DNA of 44,549 bases from Alphaproteobacteria bacterium UBA1218 (GCA_002309215.1 DBXG01000006.1:1-44549); one strand, 5' to 3'; positions 14,890 to 25,405 are shown, counted from the first letter of the stretch. A program made the numbers and translations. The notes: generated by a model not told the origin, from the letters alone.

Positions 14890-16944
14890 ATGAAAATCAA
14901 AAAAATATTACGAATTTTTATTAATGTTTTGTTTTGGTGTATTGTTGCCGGGATTGCTGGTCTGGCGGTATTGGTTTTAATTTATGGGCGTGATTTACCA
15001 GATTACAAAAAATTGGCAACTTACACACCTCCTGTGGCAACACGTTTGTATGCGTCTGACGGGTCTTTGTTGATAGAGTATGCCGAAGAAAGACGCGTGT
15101 TTATTGATTTTGCAGATATGCCAAAACAATTGGTAAATGCATTTGTTGCTGCTGAAGATCAACATTTCTGGTCACATCCTGGTATTGATGTTTTGGGAAT
15201 TATTCGTGCCAGTGTGAATAATGGTATGCGTTTGCTTGGGTTTAATACCAAATTTACTGGTGCTTCAACGATAACCCAACAGGTCGCAAAAAATTTCTTT
15301 TTAACTTCGGACAGAACCATTTCCAGAAAAGTGAAAGAGGCTATATTAGCCTTGCGTTTAGAGCGCAGTTTTTCCAAAGAACATATAATGACGTTATATC
15401 TGAATGAAATATTTTTGGGTGCGCGTGCATACGGTGTTGGTTCTGCGGCTTTGATGTATTTTAATAAACCTGTGAAAGATTTAACTTTGTCAGAATGTGC
15501 GTTTTTGGCATCGTTGCCAAAGGCACCAAATGACCGTAATCGTGCAGAAGAACGCAGAAATTATGTTCTGCGTCGTATGGTTGATGACGGATATATAACA
15601 CAACAAGACGCAAATATTGCAATGGCAGAACCGTTGAATATCAATTCTGGTTTCACAGCCCAGATGGAGGCTGATTTTCAGTATTTTGCAGAAGATGTTC
15701 GTCGTAAATTATTGGATAAAATTGGTCGTGATACTTTGTATAACGAGGGGCTTTATATAAAAACAACCATTGTGCCAGAATATCAACGCGCAGCGGCGGC
15801 AGCCTTGGCGAAAGAGTTGGATGCTTTTAATAAAAATAAGTCAGAAAATGCGCCAAAATTACAGGGTGCGATTATTGTAATGAATCCACATACTGGGCGT
15901 GTGCTTGCTATGACTGGTGGACGCTCTTTTGTAGAAAGTTCGTTTAATCGTGCGACCCAGGCATATCGTCAAATTGGATCCACTATAAAACCGTTTGTGT
16001 ATTTGGCTGCATTGGAAAAAGGGTATAGTCCTGAGAGTTTGATTTTAGACGCACCAATTGTCGGTTGGCGCGAAAATAATAAAGAATGGAAGCCTGAAAA
16101 TTACGACAGAAAGTTTTTGGGAAATATCCCGTTGCGTTTTTCGTTGGAAACATCGCGTAATGTTCCGACAGTTCGCTTGGTTGAACAAATAGGTGTTCCA
16201 ACTGCTATTGAAACAGCGCAAAGATTTGGTGTTTATCCAAAAGATATTAAATCCAGCCAATTTAACGAATCATTGGCTTTGGGTGCTGGTGAAACAACTT
16301 TGCAAAAATTGGTATTGGGTTATTCTGCATTTGTAAATGGTGGTCGCGTAATAACCCCAAAAATGATTGATTATGTCGAAGACAGATATGGCAAAACCCT
16401 AGATGGCGCATCGTCTGTGCAAATTGATTGGGACGAATCTTTATTGCCACCAGTTGCAGAAGAAAAAAGCGAACCTTTGTCCGATGCACAAAGTTTATAC
16501 CAAATTGTATCAATATTACAGGGTGCGGTAGAACGCGGAACAGGAAAGCAGGCGCGTGTTTATGGTCATACAATTGCTGGTAAAACAGGGACAACAAATC
16601 AGGTCAAAGATGTTTGGTTTATTGGTTTTTCCAAAGATTTAATTGCTGGGGTTTATTTGGGTTATGACATTCCGAAACCTTTGGGTGCTGGCGCGGGGTC
16701 GCATATGGCGGCGCGTGTTTTTGCAGATTTTATGAAAGTTGCGCTAGAAAATGAAAGCAACCAACCGTTCCCTGTGCCAGATGGTATGACCTTTGTGCGT
16801 GTGAATCGGAATAACGGTGTTTCTGCTGTTCAAGACCCAAACGGTGTCATTATAAACGAAGTGTTCAAGCCTGGCCAAACACCTAACCCATTACAAACAA
16901 ATGAAAAACACAGTACAAAGCCAATGGTTGGCGGAATATTTTAA
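14890..16944 (+). CDS. mrcA: Bifunctional class A penicillin-binding protein (PBP1A: glycosyltransferase + transpeptidase)
   Basis: An N-terminal TM anchor is present. GT51 motifs: EDQHFWSHPGID, GASTITQQVAKN, RKVKEAILALRLE. Transpeptidase motifs: STIKP, SRN, KTGTT. Confidence 0.93.
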   Translation: MKIKKILRIFINVLFWCIVAGIAGLAVLVLIYGRDLPDYKKLATYTPPVATRLYASDGSLLIEYAEERRVFIDFADMPKQLVNAFVAAEDQHFWSHPGIDVLGIIRASVNNGMRLLGFNTKFTGASTITQQVAKNFFLTSDRTISRKVKEAILALRLERSFSKEHIMTLYLNEIFLGARAYGVGSAALMYFNKPVKDLTLSECAFLASLPKAPNDRNRAEERRNYVLRRMVDDGYITQQDANIAMAEPLNINSGFTAQMEADFQYFAEDVRRKLLDKIGRDTLYNEGLYIKTTIVPEYQRAAAAALAKELDAFNKNKSENAPKLQGAIIVMNPHTGRVLAMTGGRSFVESSFNRATQAYRQIGSTIKPFVYLAALEKGYSPESLILDAPIVGWRENNKEWKPENYDRKFLGNIPLRFSLETSRNVPTVRLVEQIGVPTAIETAQRFGVYPKDIKSSQFNESLALGAGETTLQKLVLGYSAFVNGGRVITPKMIDYVEDRYGKTLDGASSVQIDWDESLLPPVAEEKSEPLSDAQSLYQIVSILQGAVERGTGKQARVYGHTIAGKTGTTNQVKDVWFIGFSKDLIAGVYLGYDIPKPLGAGAGSHMAARVFADFMKVALENESNQPFPVPDGMTFVRVNRNNGVSAVQDPNGVIINEVFKPGQTPNPLQTNEKHSTKPMVGGIF

Positions 16945-16989
16945 GATATAAAATCTGTTGTGATATTCATTTGTTTCGTTCGCTTTTTG

Positions 16990-16998
16990 TGATAAAAT
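16990..16998 (+). promoter_or_regulatory. Candidate extended -10 promoter (TGATAAAAT) upstream of mraY
   Basis: TGaTAAAAT lies at 16990-16998, about 30 nt before the mraY ATG, with an AAGGAAAGGAG SD in between. Confidence 0.3.
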
Positions 16999-17027
16999 GC
17001 ATAATGATAAAGGAAAGGAGTTGTTTT

Positions 17028-18161
17028 ATGCTGACTGGTTTTTTATTAGATAATAATTTTCAATTTTTTGCAAGTGGCTGGACCCAATTTGCAGCAGCAT
17101 TTGGAACTGCGTTTTTGATAATGTTGATTTTTGGACGCAGTTTTATACGCTTGATGCACAAGTGGCAAGGCAAAGGGCAACCAATCAGTGAAAATGTCCC
17201 GCTTGAGCATCTTAAAAAAGCAGGAACTCCATCAATGGGTGGCATATTGGTGATTGTGTCTATTTTAATTTCGTCTTTGTTGTTTATGCCTATTTTTAAT
17301 GCGCCAGCATGGATAGCTTTGGGTGCTTTGGTCGCGTTCGGTCTAATCGGTTTTGCAGATGATTACAAAAAAATCAAAAGCCAATCCAAAAAGGCGTCCA
17401 ACGGTCTGTCGCCAGCGTTGCGTTTGGTGATAGAGGGTGTATGTGTAGTTGTCTTGGCGTATCTAATAAATAAAACTATGCCTGGGTATGTGCCAAACTT
17501 ATCAGTAGTTTTGGGCTCCAGTATTGTTTTGCCGTTTGACAGTTGGCAAATCGGATATTTGTTTGGTGTACCTTTGACTTTGGGATTTTTGTATTATATT
17601 TTTGCATACTTTGTGATTTGTGGTTCTGCAAATGCAACAAATATCACAGATGGATTGGACGGGTTGTTGGCTAAATTATATATGCCTGTTTTGATAGTGT
17701 TGGTTGTTGCATTATATGGTTCAACCAGAATTGGTTTTATGGACGCAGTTATGTTTTTACCTGAAACCAGTGGTTTGTATGCTGTGTTGGGCGGTGCCTT
17801 TGGTGCGGTGTTGGGATTTTTATGGTTCAATGCCAAACCAGCAGCAATATTTATGGGTGATGTTGGCTCACTCGCGCTGGGTGGTTTTATGGGAACCGTT
17901 GCTATGTTATTAAAATCTGAAATTATTATGTGTGTGGCGGCGGGTATGATGGTGTTGATATTGTTGTCTTCGTTTATACAAACAATGTGTTTCAAGATTA
18001 CGCGTAAAATCACAGGTACAGGCAAACGTGTCTTTTTACGTGCACCATTACATCATCATTTTGAGGAATTAGGTTGGCCTGAAACCAAGATTGTGGACAG
18101 ATTTTTTGTGTTAGGCTTGTTATTTGCTGGCTTGGCTTTGGTTTTGTTGAAATTTGCATAA
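17028..18161 (+). CDS. mraY: Phospho-N-acetylmuramoyl-pentapeptide transferase
   Basis: Motifs present: GTPSMGG, FADDYKKI, NATNITDGLDGL, GDVGSLALGG, APLHHHFE. I place the start at ATG 17028, behind the strong SD AAGGAAAGGAG, not at the TTG 16971 of the ORF track. Confidence 0.95.
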   Translation: MLTGFLLDNNFQFFASGWTQFAAAFGTAFLIMLIFGRSFIRLMHKWQGKGQPISENVPLEHLKKAGTPSMGGILVIVSILISSLLFMPIFNAPAWIALGALVAFGLIGFADDYKKIKSQSKKASNGLSPALRLVIEGVCVVVLAYLINKTMPGYVPNLSVVLGSSIVLPFDSWQIGYLFGVPLTLGFLYYIFAYFVICGSANATNITDGLDGLLAKLYMPVLIVLVVALYGSTRIGFMDAVMFLPETSGLYAVLGGAFGAVLGFLWFNAKPAAIFMGDVGSLALGGFMGTVAMLLKSEIIMCVAAGMMVLILLSSFIQTMCFKITRKITGTGKRVFLRAPLHHHFEELGWPETKIVDRFFVLGLLFAGLALVLLKFA

Positions 18162-18173
18162 TGGGAATCACAA

Positions 18174-19325
18174 ATGTTAAGAATTACGCGTGGCGAAGAA
18201 AGTAAGTTAACCAGTTGGTATTTTGAGATAGACCGTAGATTATTAGGTTTAATCTTGTTGCTTGTTGCCGTTGGCGTAATAACAATGTTCACTGCTGGTG
18301 CCGCTCAGGCTGCACATATGAATCCACCGCGTCCATGGTTTTATTTTATTAAAAAAGCATTTCCTGCATATGTGGTTGGTTTGGGATGTCTGTTTGGTTT
18401 CAGTATGTTGAACAAACAAAAAGTAATAAAAATATCCGTGTTGGGCGCGATTATTGGAATACTTGGTCTGTTGTTGACTGTTATACATCCTGTCAGAATG
18501 AAGGGTAGTGCACGTTGGGCGCATATTGGTGGTTTTGGTTTTATGCCTGCGGATGTATTAAAGCCTGCGTTCATAGTTCTTACCGCTTGGTTCTTGGCAA
18601 AAATGCGTAGTGTGTTTGGTGAAAATATGTTTCTGAATAAACAGGCGTGGAAGTTTAGTTGGCTCAGTTGGTGGCCATTTTTGATATTGTTTGCACTATG
18701 CTCTTTAATTATATTCAGACACCCTGATGTTGGAACTGCCACATTGTATGTTTGTGTGTTGTTTATTATGACGTTGGTTGCTGGTATCCCGTTGAAGTTT
18801 ATGCCTGCGATGTGTGGGGTGTTGGCATCACTTGGTTTGTTGGCATATTTATCCAATTCGCATATTCGCGACCGTGCTATGCACATGTTCAGTGTAGAAC
18901 CACGCAGTCAGGTTTGGTATTCGTTAAATTCTATACGACATGGTGGTTTGTTTGGTAGTGGCGATGAAGCGTATGTCAAAGATGTTTTACCTGAGTCTAC
19001 GAATGATTTTGTGTATTCTGCGATTGCAGAAGATTGGGGCGCGATAATTGCGTGTGCTTTAGTTGTATTATTGTTTATGGTTATAAATAATTTGATAAAC
19101 CATGCTTTGCATGCCAAAGACAGATTTGTTTTATATGCAATAACTGGAACAGCGGCACTGTTTGGTGGTCAGATTTGTTTCAATTTGATGACTGCATTAC
19201 ATTTATTTCTGAACAAGGGTATGACTTTGCCGTTTATATCGTATGGTGGTGTTTCTTTTATATCTTTTTGCGTATTATTTGGTATGATATTGGCATTGAT
19301 ACGCGAAGATACTTGGAATAAATAA
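18174..19325 (+). CDS. ftsW: SEDS-family peptidoglycan polymerase / cell-division protein FtsW
   Basis: It is a 10-TM SEDS-like protein ending in GMTLPFISYGGVS. It is called FtsW rather than RodA because it sits between mraY and murG. Confidence 0.85.
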   Translation: MLRITRGEESKLTSWYFEIDRRLLGLILLLVAVGVITMFTAGAAQAAHMNPPRPWFYFIKKAFPAYVVGLGCLFGFSMLNKQKVIKISVLGAIIGILGLLLTVIHPVRMKGSARWAHIGGFGFMPADVLKPAFIVLTAWFLAKMRSVFGENMFLNKQAWKFSWLSWWPFLILFALCSLIIFRHPDVGTATLYVCVLFIMTLVAGIPLKFMPAMCGVLASLGLLAYLSNSHIRDRAMHMFSVEPRSQVWYSLNSIRHGGLFGSGDEAYVKDVLPESTNDFVYSAIAEDWGAIIACALVVLLFMVINNLINHALHAKDRFVLYAITGTAALFGGQICFNLMTALHLFLNKGMTLPFISYGGVSFISFCVLFGMILALIREDTWNK

Positions 19326-19335
19326 AGGTGTAAAA

Positions 19336-20382
19336 ATGAAAATATGGATTGCAACAGGTGGCACAGGCGGACATGTTTTTCCGGCATTAAGTGTCGCCAC
19401 TGAACTAGTAAAACGCGGGCATCGGGTTATAATTTCATCTGATGGTCGTGTGTCTAAGATGGTCAAAGATGGCAAACCGAAAAAAGCAAAAATGGTTTTT
19501 GTGTGGGCATCTGGTGTTGGTGCAAAATCGCGTATTAAACAAATGATATCTTTGATGAAGATTGGTTTGTCTGCATTGGCATTATCTCTGCGCTTTATAT
19601 TTAATCGGCCAGATAAATTAGTTGCATTCGGTGGTTATGCGTCTGTACCTGCTGTGTTTGCAGCGCATTTATGGAAAATACCAACATATTTGCATGAACA
19701 AAACGCAGCAATCGGACGCGCGAATAAATTTGCATTGCGCTGGGTAAAAACTTTGATGACCAGTTTTGATTCTGTTAATGGTTTGCCAAAACAATCAAAG
19801 GTGCGTGTTGTTTATACAGGATTGCCGGTGCGTTCTGATTTTATGAATGTTGCGAACGCGCCATTAAAGCATGAAAATAAGATTTTGGTAACGGGTGGCT
19901 CTTTGGGGGCACAGATTTTAGATGATATTGTGCCGGTCGCAATTTCTGAAATGAAAAACAAAAAAATATTCATCACGCATCAAACACGACCTGAAAATGT
20001 TGAAAAATTACAACGTTTTTATGCTGAACATAAAATACATGCAAACGTATTGTCTTTTATTCGTGATATGGCAAGTGCGATTCAAGATGCAGATATAGTT
20101 ATTGGGCGCAGTGGGGCAAGCACGGTAATAGAATTGGAAACAATTGGACGTCCTGCTATATTGGTGCCATTGGCGATAAATCCAGACCAAGCAGCCAACG
20201 CAGAATCGTATGCAAAATTGGGTGGTGGTTTTGCAGTACCCCAAGATAAGTTTTCATCAAAATGGTTATCAAATACATTGGACGAATTATTCGATAATCC
20301 ATCGCGTTTGGATAAAATGGCAAAAAAATCGTATGTGCAAAATACTGCGGTAGAAAAAATAGCTGATACGATAATAAAATAA
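19336..20382 (+). CDS. murG: UDP-GlcNAc:lipid I N-acetylglucosaminyltransferase
   Basis: It has the GGTGGHVFPAL N-terminal motif and GRSGASTVIELETIGRPAILVP, and it sits in dcw context. Confidence 0.93.
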   Translation: MKIWIATGGTGGHVFPALSVATELVKRGHRVIISSDGRVSKMVKDGKPKKAKMVFVWASGVGAKSRIKQMISLMKIGLSALALSLRFIFNRPDKLVAFGGYASVPAVFAAHLWKIPTYLHEQNAAIGRANKFALRWVKTLMTSFDSVNGLPKQSKVRVVYTGLPVRSDFMNVANAPLKHENKILVTGGSLGAQILDDIVPVAISEMKNKKIFITHQTRPENVEKLQRFYAEHKIHANVLSFIRDMASAIQDADIVIGRSGASTVIELETIGRPAILVPLAINPDQAANAESYAKLGGGFAVPQDKFSSKWLSNTLDELFDNPSRLDKMAKKSYVQNTAVEKIADTIIK

Positions 20383-20384
20383 AA

Positions 20385-20408
20385 GGCACCCGAAAGGGTG
20401 TTTTTTTA
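20385..20408 (+). terminator. Rho-independent terminator after murG
   Basis: The stem is caccc (20387-20391), GAAA loop, gggtg (20396-20400), followed by a T7 run. Confidence 0.85.
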
Positions 20409-20498
20409 TTTTGTGCATTTTATTTTAATAAATGTGTATTTTTCGCTTGCTTGCGATTCGTAAATTGTTCTATGATTGGTTTAAGGAAGGAAAGGAAT

Positions 20499-21764
20499 AT
20501 GCAGCGTTTTTCTGTATCATTGTTGTCGTGTTTAATATGTGCCAAGGCCTTGGCTGGCGCGTATTTGCCGGTTGTTGATGTGTCCAATGGGACGGTGTCC
20601 GCGCGTGCCGCTTTTGGTGAAGAAATCGCAGTTGAAAATCGTGTTTCTGTTGAACCTGTTGCAAAAAAAGTTGTTGCGCGAACTGCACGTAAACCTGCGA
20701 CAAAAACAAACTCTGTTATTGCATCAAATACGAATGATGTTCTGAAACCAATGCGTCCCAGTTCTGATTTGTGGGCGCATAACGAATCTCCTTTGCGCAT
20801 GCCACGTATGGATGAGATTGCAGTCGTTCGAACAGATGTTTTGTTGCCCGAAGAATCTTTGGATGTGACGCCCGCGCGTGTCGCTGCCCGTTCTGTAAAA
20901 AACACACAAAGCGAAACAAAAGTTTCTAATCGTGAAATGATGGCAGAAATAAATTCTTTGCGTTCTGAAATTGCCAGATTGAATGAAGCGCAAAAACAAA
21001 CCAGTGCAAAGATTGCTGCATCACGTGATGTTGTACCAGGAGCGGATATTTTGGATAAATTCGAATCAAAACCTGAAACAACAATTGCGCAAAATACTAA
21101 TGGTATAAATATTCGACGTGAAGTTGTCCCAATGCAATCAAATCAAAACATTGTGGCACGCGCTATTGATGAAAAGCCGGCAGAGCCAATAATTGCGCGC
21201 GTAAATGATATGGCGAAAATGTCGCCAAGCGAATTGAAAAAGGCTTTCAAGAAAACATATTTATCTGAAAACAAACATCTTTCTACGTATCAGGTTGATA
21301 ATCGTTATGATGTGGTCAGCGATATGACTACTTCGATTGAAGGATTTAATGCACAACGTGATTTGTCTGAAGCAAGTAGTGGTGTTCGTCCATTGGAAAT
21401 TAAAATATCTTTTATGAACAATGATGCAGGTTTGTCGCGCGAAAATTATAACTTGTTAAGTGAATATGCAAAAATTGTTGTGAACAATCCAAAACGCGCA
21501 ATTCAGGTTGCTATTCCAGAATCTGCAACGCGTGATAAAGATGGACGTAAATTGGCTGCGCGCAGATTAGCAATTGTAGAACAGGTTTTACGTGATACTG
21601 GTGTTGCAGAACAACGTGTTGTCCCTGTGTTGTCCCAACGCAGTGATGATTCTTTTGTATTGCGTATAATATCTGGTGATTTGTACGAAAGTTTGACAGA
21701 GCAGAAGCGCAATATGTTCGGTGATAGCGTGTCAAAGAAAACGTACAAAAGTATGTCGTGGTAA
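20499..21764 (+). CDS. Secreted protein with a coiled-coil segment and a degenerate OmpA/MotB-like C-terminal domain (tentative)
   Basis: The ATG at 20499 follows the SD AAGGAAGGAAAGGA. The signal peptide is MQRFSVSLLSCLICAKALA. The C-terminus ...RKLAARRLAIVEQVLRDTGVAEQRVVPV... resembles the OmpA_C peptidoglycan-binding fold. The product assignment is weak. Confidence 0.6.
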   Translation: MQRFSVSLLSCLICAKALAGAYLPVVDVSNGTVSARAAFGEEIAVENRVSVEPVAKKVVARTARKPATKTNSVIASNTNDVLKPMRPSSDLWAHNESPLRMPRMDEIAVVRTDVLLPEESLDVTPARVAARSVKNTQSETKVSNREMMAEINSLRSEIARLNEAQKQTSAKIAASRDVVPGADILDKFESKPETTIAQNTNGINIRREVVPMQSNQNIVARAIDEKPAEPIIARVNDMAKMSPSELKKAFKKTYLSENKHLSTYQVDNRYDVVSDMTTSIEGFNAQRDLSEASSGVRPLEIKISFMNNDAGLSRENYNLLSEYAKIVVNNPKRAIQVAIPESATRDKDGRKLAARRLAIVEQVLRDTGVAEQRVVPVLSQRSDDSFVLRIISGDLYESLTEQKRNMFGDSVSKKTYKSMSW

Positions 21765-22480
21765 AATTATTTAGTCGATTTTTCAATTTTGTTTTTCCAC
21801 CAACTTGTCCTGTATGTGGCGATGCTGTCGAATCGCATGGCACATTGTGTGCAAAATGTTGGTCTGGGTTTAATTGGATATCGAATCCAAAATGTTTCAA
21901 GTGTGGCTATCCGTTTCCGGCAGATTTAGATTTGGGGCCAAAGCCAATGTGTCCGCATTGTGCGGCTGGGGAATGCGATTTGGATTATATTCGCAGCGCA
22001 TGTGTTTATGATGATGTTTCTAAAAATATAATGTTGCCGTTCAAGCATGCATCAAAACTGAAATACCAAACAATGATGTCGCGTGCGATGATAAATGCTT
22101 TGCGCGATTTAGATTTAGATATTGATATTGTAATGCCTGTGCCATTAGCATGGCGTCGTTTGTTTAAACGTGGTTATAATCAGGCAACATTGCTGGCGCG
22201 TCCAATTGCGAAACATTTTGATGCAGTTTTGGATGTGGATACTTTATCGCGAAAATATAAACCAGATATGGGACATAAAAACGCAAAACAAAGACGCGAA
22301 AATGTTCGTGGTGTATTCAAGATTCTGAATCCAGACAAAATTCGCGGTAAAAAGATTTTGTTGGTTGATGATGTTATGACGTCGGGTGCAACATTTTATG
22401 AATTAAATCGTATTTTACGCAAAGCCGGAGTTTCTGCTGTATACGCGGTTTCTTTTTGTCGCGTTGTGCATGCGATTTAG
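21758..22480 (+). CDS. comF: ComF-family protein (phosphoribosyltransferase-like, ComFC/GntX)
   Basis: N-terminal zinc-finger Cys pairs are present (CPVCGD...CAKCW, CFKCG...CPHC), as is the PRTase motif ILLVDDVMTSGAT. The GTG start overlaps the upstream stop. Confidence 0.85.
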   Translation: MVKLFSRFFNFVFPPTCPVCGDAVESHGTLCAKCWSGFNWISNPKCFKCGYPFPADLDLGPKPMCPHCAAGECDLDYIRSACVYDDVSKNIMLPFKHASKLKYQTMMSRAMINALRDLDLDIDIVMPVPLAWRRLFKRGYNQATLLARPIAKHFDAVLDVDTLSRKYKPDMGHKNAKQRRENVRGVFKILNPDKIRGKKILLVDDVMTSGATFYELNRILRKAGVSAVYAVSFCRVVHAI

Positions 22481-22839
22481 ACTGCTGTTTTGCAAAGCGA
22501 GCGTTGTAAGAAATTTGCCATTTCCAGTTCGCGGTTTGTCATAGTTTGTGCAGTTTCTTGTAAATCATTTTTTTCTTTGCAAACATTTATTATATCGATC
22601 ATATCTTTTTGTTCGGGTGTCAAAGGTTTGCTGTCTGTCTGGTCCCATTTAACAGCCAGCACAGGTTTTTTATCTATCGATATGCTGTAATGATTTGTTG
22701 CCCAGCCATCTTTGACAGACAATACTTCGTGCCCATGATTGTTGAATACAGTATAATTATCGCCGTTGGCGTCGCGTTCGTGATACAATCTGTTGTTGTG
22801 AATAGTTTCTTTGACAAGCATTTTAAGAACTTTGTTCAT
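22477..22839 (-). CDS. Hypothetical protein (120 aa)
   Basis: This is a clean ORF with the SD AAGGGA 8 nt before the ATG at 22839. Its stop overlaps the comF stop (shared TTAG). I recognised no family. Confidence 0.5.
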   Translation of the reverse strand: MNKVLKMLVKETIHNNRLYHERDANGDNYTVFNNHGHEVLSVKDGWATNHYSISIDKKPVLAVKWDQTDSKPLTPEQKDMIDIINVCKEKNDLQETAQTMTNRELEMANFLQRSLCKTAV

Positions 22840-22976
22840 GTTGTGTCCCTTTGTGTTATATAAATGATACGCTGTCAAAGCCCCGTTTGCACTAGGAATC
22901 TTTTGTTTTTCAATTACTTGATTTTGCGATTTTTATCGTGTAAAATCCGTCTGTTTATAAAATATCGAGGCTACAA

Positions 22977-25379
22977 ATGAATATAGATTTAGGTAAAAAC
23001 ATAAATACGCGCGATTTAGAAACCAAAATTCAAGAGTTTTGGGATACTAATAATTTTTGGGATAATGATGTCAATTCTGATAAAAAATCGTTCTGTGTTA
23101 TGATGCCACCACCAAATGTGACTGGTAATTTACATATGGGGCATATCTTAGACAATACATTGACCGACATTATTTGCAGATATAAACGTATGTGTGGCTT
23201 TGATGTTTTGTGGCAACCTGGTTCTGACCACGCTGCAATCGCAACCCAATTATTGATTGAACGTGATTTGTCCAAGAACGGTATAAATCCTAAATCTTTG
23301 TCTATGGATGAAAAGTTAAAATATGCGTGGGATTGGTGTAAAAAATATGGCGGTCAAATCATAGAACAATTACACACTATTGGTGCGACACCTGTGTGGA
23401 AACGTGAACGTTTTACAATGGATGCCGGTTTATCAAGTGCAGTAACAAAATTGTTTGTTCGTATGTATAAAGAGGGTTTAATTTATCGTGATAAACGCAT
23501 GGTTAATTGGTGTCCGAAACAACAGACGACCGTATCTGATGTTGAAATCGATACACGTGAAGAACATGGTAAGTTTTATTATTTCAATTATCCGTTGAAA
23601 GATGGTGGTTTTGTTGAAATTGCAACAACCCGTCCTGAAACTTTATTTGGTGATAAAGCAATCGCAATTCACCCAGAAAATGAGAATCTGAAACATTTGA
23701 TTGGGAAAACAGCAATTATTCCGCTGACAGATATTGAAATACCAATCGTTGCTGATGAACATGCTGACCCTGAAAAGGGAACTGGTGCTGTGAAAATTAC
23801 ACCTGCGCATGATTTTGATGATTATGAGGTCGGGTTACGTCATAACTTGGAACCTTTGTGTATTTTAACACCGGATGCGAAATTGAACAATGAATCTGTG
23901 ATACCTGAAAAATATCGTGGCATGGACAGATACGAAGCGCGCAAAGCAGTTGTGGAAGATATCGAAGCTGCGGGTTTAATGGTTAAAATAGAAGACAAGG
24001 TTATTCCAACGCCATATTCAGAACGTGGCGGTGTTCCTGTGGAACCAATGTTAACAACACAATGGTTTGTTGATGCTGAAAAACTTGCACAACCTGCAAT
24101 CAAAGCGGTGGAAGATGGCAGAATAAAGTTTATGCCAGAACACAGATATAATTTATTTATGTCCTGGATGAAAAATATTCGTCCATGGACAATATCGCGT
24201 CAATTATGGTGGGGACATCGGATACCTGCATGGTATGATGAAGATGGTGCGGTTTATGTTGCAGAAACAGAAGAAGAGGCAATCAAACAATCTGGTGGTA
24301 AAAAATTGACCCAAGATCCAGATACATTGGATACATGGTTTTCGTCTGGTTTGTGGCCTTTTTCAACGTTGGGTTGGCCTGAACAGACACCAGAATTGAA
24401 AAGATATTATCCAACGAATTATTTATGTACGGGTGCGGATTTAATATTTTTCTGGGTTGCTCGTATGATAATGATGGGCTTATACGTTACTGGCGATGTT
24501 CCGTTTAATACGGTGTATATGCATGGTATGGTGGTCGACGCCAAGGGTAAAAAAATGTCGAAGAGTAAAGGTAATGGGACAGACCCTGTGGATGCAATAG
24601 ACAAGTTCGGTGTTGATGCGTTGCGTTATTGGGTTGCTACTGCGCCAATTGGAACGAATTTGCCGTATATAGAAGATGAGGTTAAACGTGGTTCTAAATT
24701 ACTGACAAAATTATGGAATGCATCAAAATATGTTTTGATGAATTTGTCTGATTTTGACCCAAATACAGCGAAAGAAATTCCAGTTAGTGAAAGATTTATC
24801 GAAGATAGATGGGTATTATCTGAATTGAACAAAGCTGTTGCAGAAACACGCAAGAATTTGGATAAATATTTTAATTATAACGCACGTTCCGCAATAGATA
24901 CTTTCTTTTGGGAAATATTCTGTGATCAGTATTTGGAATTTATCAAGGACAGATTTTGGTCGCCTGAAAAATATAGTGCGGAATCTAAATTATCTGCACA
25001 ATGGACGCTTTACACAGTATTGCGTGCAATAATTGGATTGTATGCACCATTTATTCCATTTATTACGGAAGAATTATGGCAAAAAATTTATAAGCAATTC
25101 GAAGGTGGTGAAACCTTGCATTTAACAAAATATCCAGAGGTACTGGCTGAATATGATACCGATGTCGTACAAATGAATATTGCGCTGGATATACTGAAAA
25201 CTGTTCGTGGCTTGCGTACAGAGCGCAAAGTTGGTAATGGTGCAAAACTGGAAACTTTGACAATACCAAGTGATACACCAGAAGTTTTGCATGGTCTGAT
25301 TAAGTCTGCGGCACGTGCAAATGAAATCGCGTTGGGTGATTCCATAGATTTTGTTGTTGCCCAGACTAATCAGCAATAA
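22977..25379 (+). CDS. valS: Valine--tRNA ligase (short, 800 aa)
   Basis: It has PPPNVTGNLHMGH (HIGH), KMSKSKGN (KMSKS), a TRPETLFGD editing-domain motif and a bacterial-type N-terminus. It ends right after the anticodon-binding region. Confidence 0.95.
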   Translation: MNIDLGKNINTRDLETKIQEFWDTNNFWDNDVNSDKKSFCVMMPPPNVTGNLHMGHILDNTLTDIICRYKRMCGFDVLWQPGSDHAAIATQLLIERDLSKNGINPKSLSMDEKLKYAWDWCKKYGGQIIEQLHTIGATPVWKRERFTMDAGLSSAVTKLFVRMYKEGLIYRDKRMVNWCPKQQTTVSDVEIDTREEHGKFYYFNYPLKDGGFVEIATTRPETLFGDKAIAIHPENENLKHLIGKTAIIPLTDIEIPIVADEHADPEKGTGAVKITPAHDFDDYEVGLRHNLEPLCILTPDAKLNNESVIPEKYRGMDRYEARKAVVEDIEAAGLMVKIEDKVIPTPYSERGGVPVEPMLTTQWFVDAEKLAQPAIKAVEDGRIKFMPEHRYNLFMSWMKNIRPWTISRQLWWGHRIPAWYDEDGAVYVAETEEEAIKQSGGKKLTQDPDTLDTWFSSGLWPFSTLGWPEQTPELKRYYPTNYLCTGADLIFFWVARMIMMGLYVTGDVPFNTVYMHGMVVDAKGKKMSKSKGNGTDPVDAIDKFGVDALRYWVATAPIGTNLPYIEDEVKRGSKLLTKLWNASKYVLMNLSDFDPNTAKEIPVSERFIEDRWVLSELNKAVAETRKNLDKYFNYNARSAIDTFFWEIFCDQYLEFIKDRFWSPEKYSAESKLSAQWTLYTVLRAIIGLYAPFIPFITEELWQKIYKQFEGGETLHLTKYPEVLAEYDTDVVQMNIALDILKTVRGLRTERKVGNGAKLETLTIPSDTPEVLHGLIKSAARANEIALGDSIDFVVAQTNQQ

Positions 25380-25405
25380 AACCATTCAGGCAAAAGGAGG
25401 GAAGC

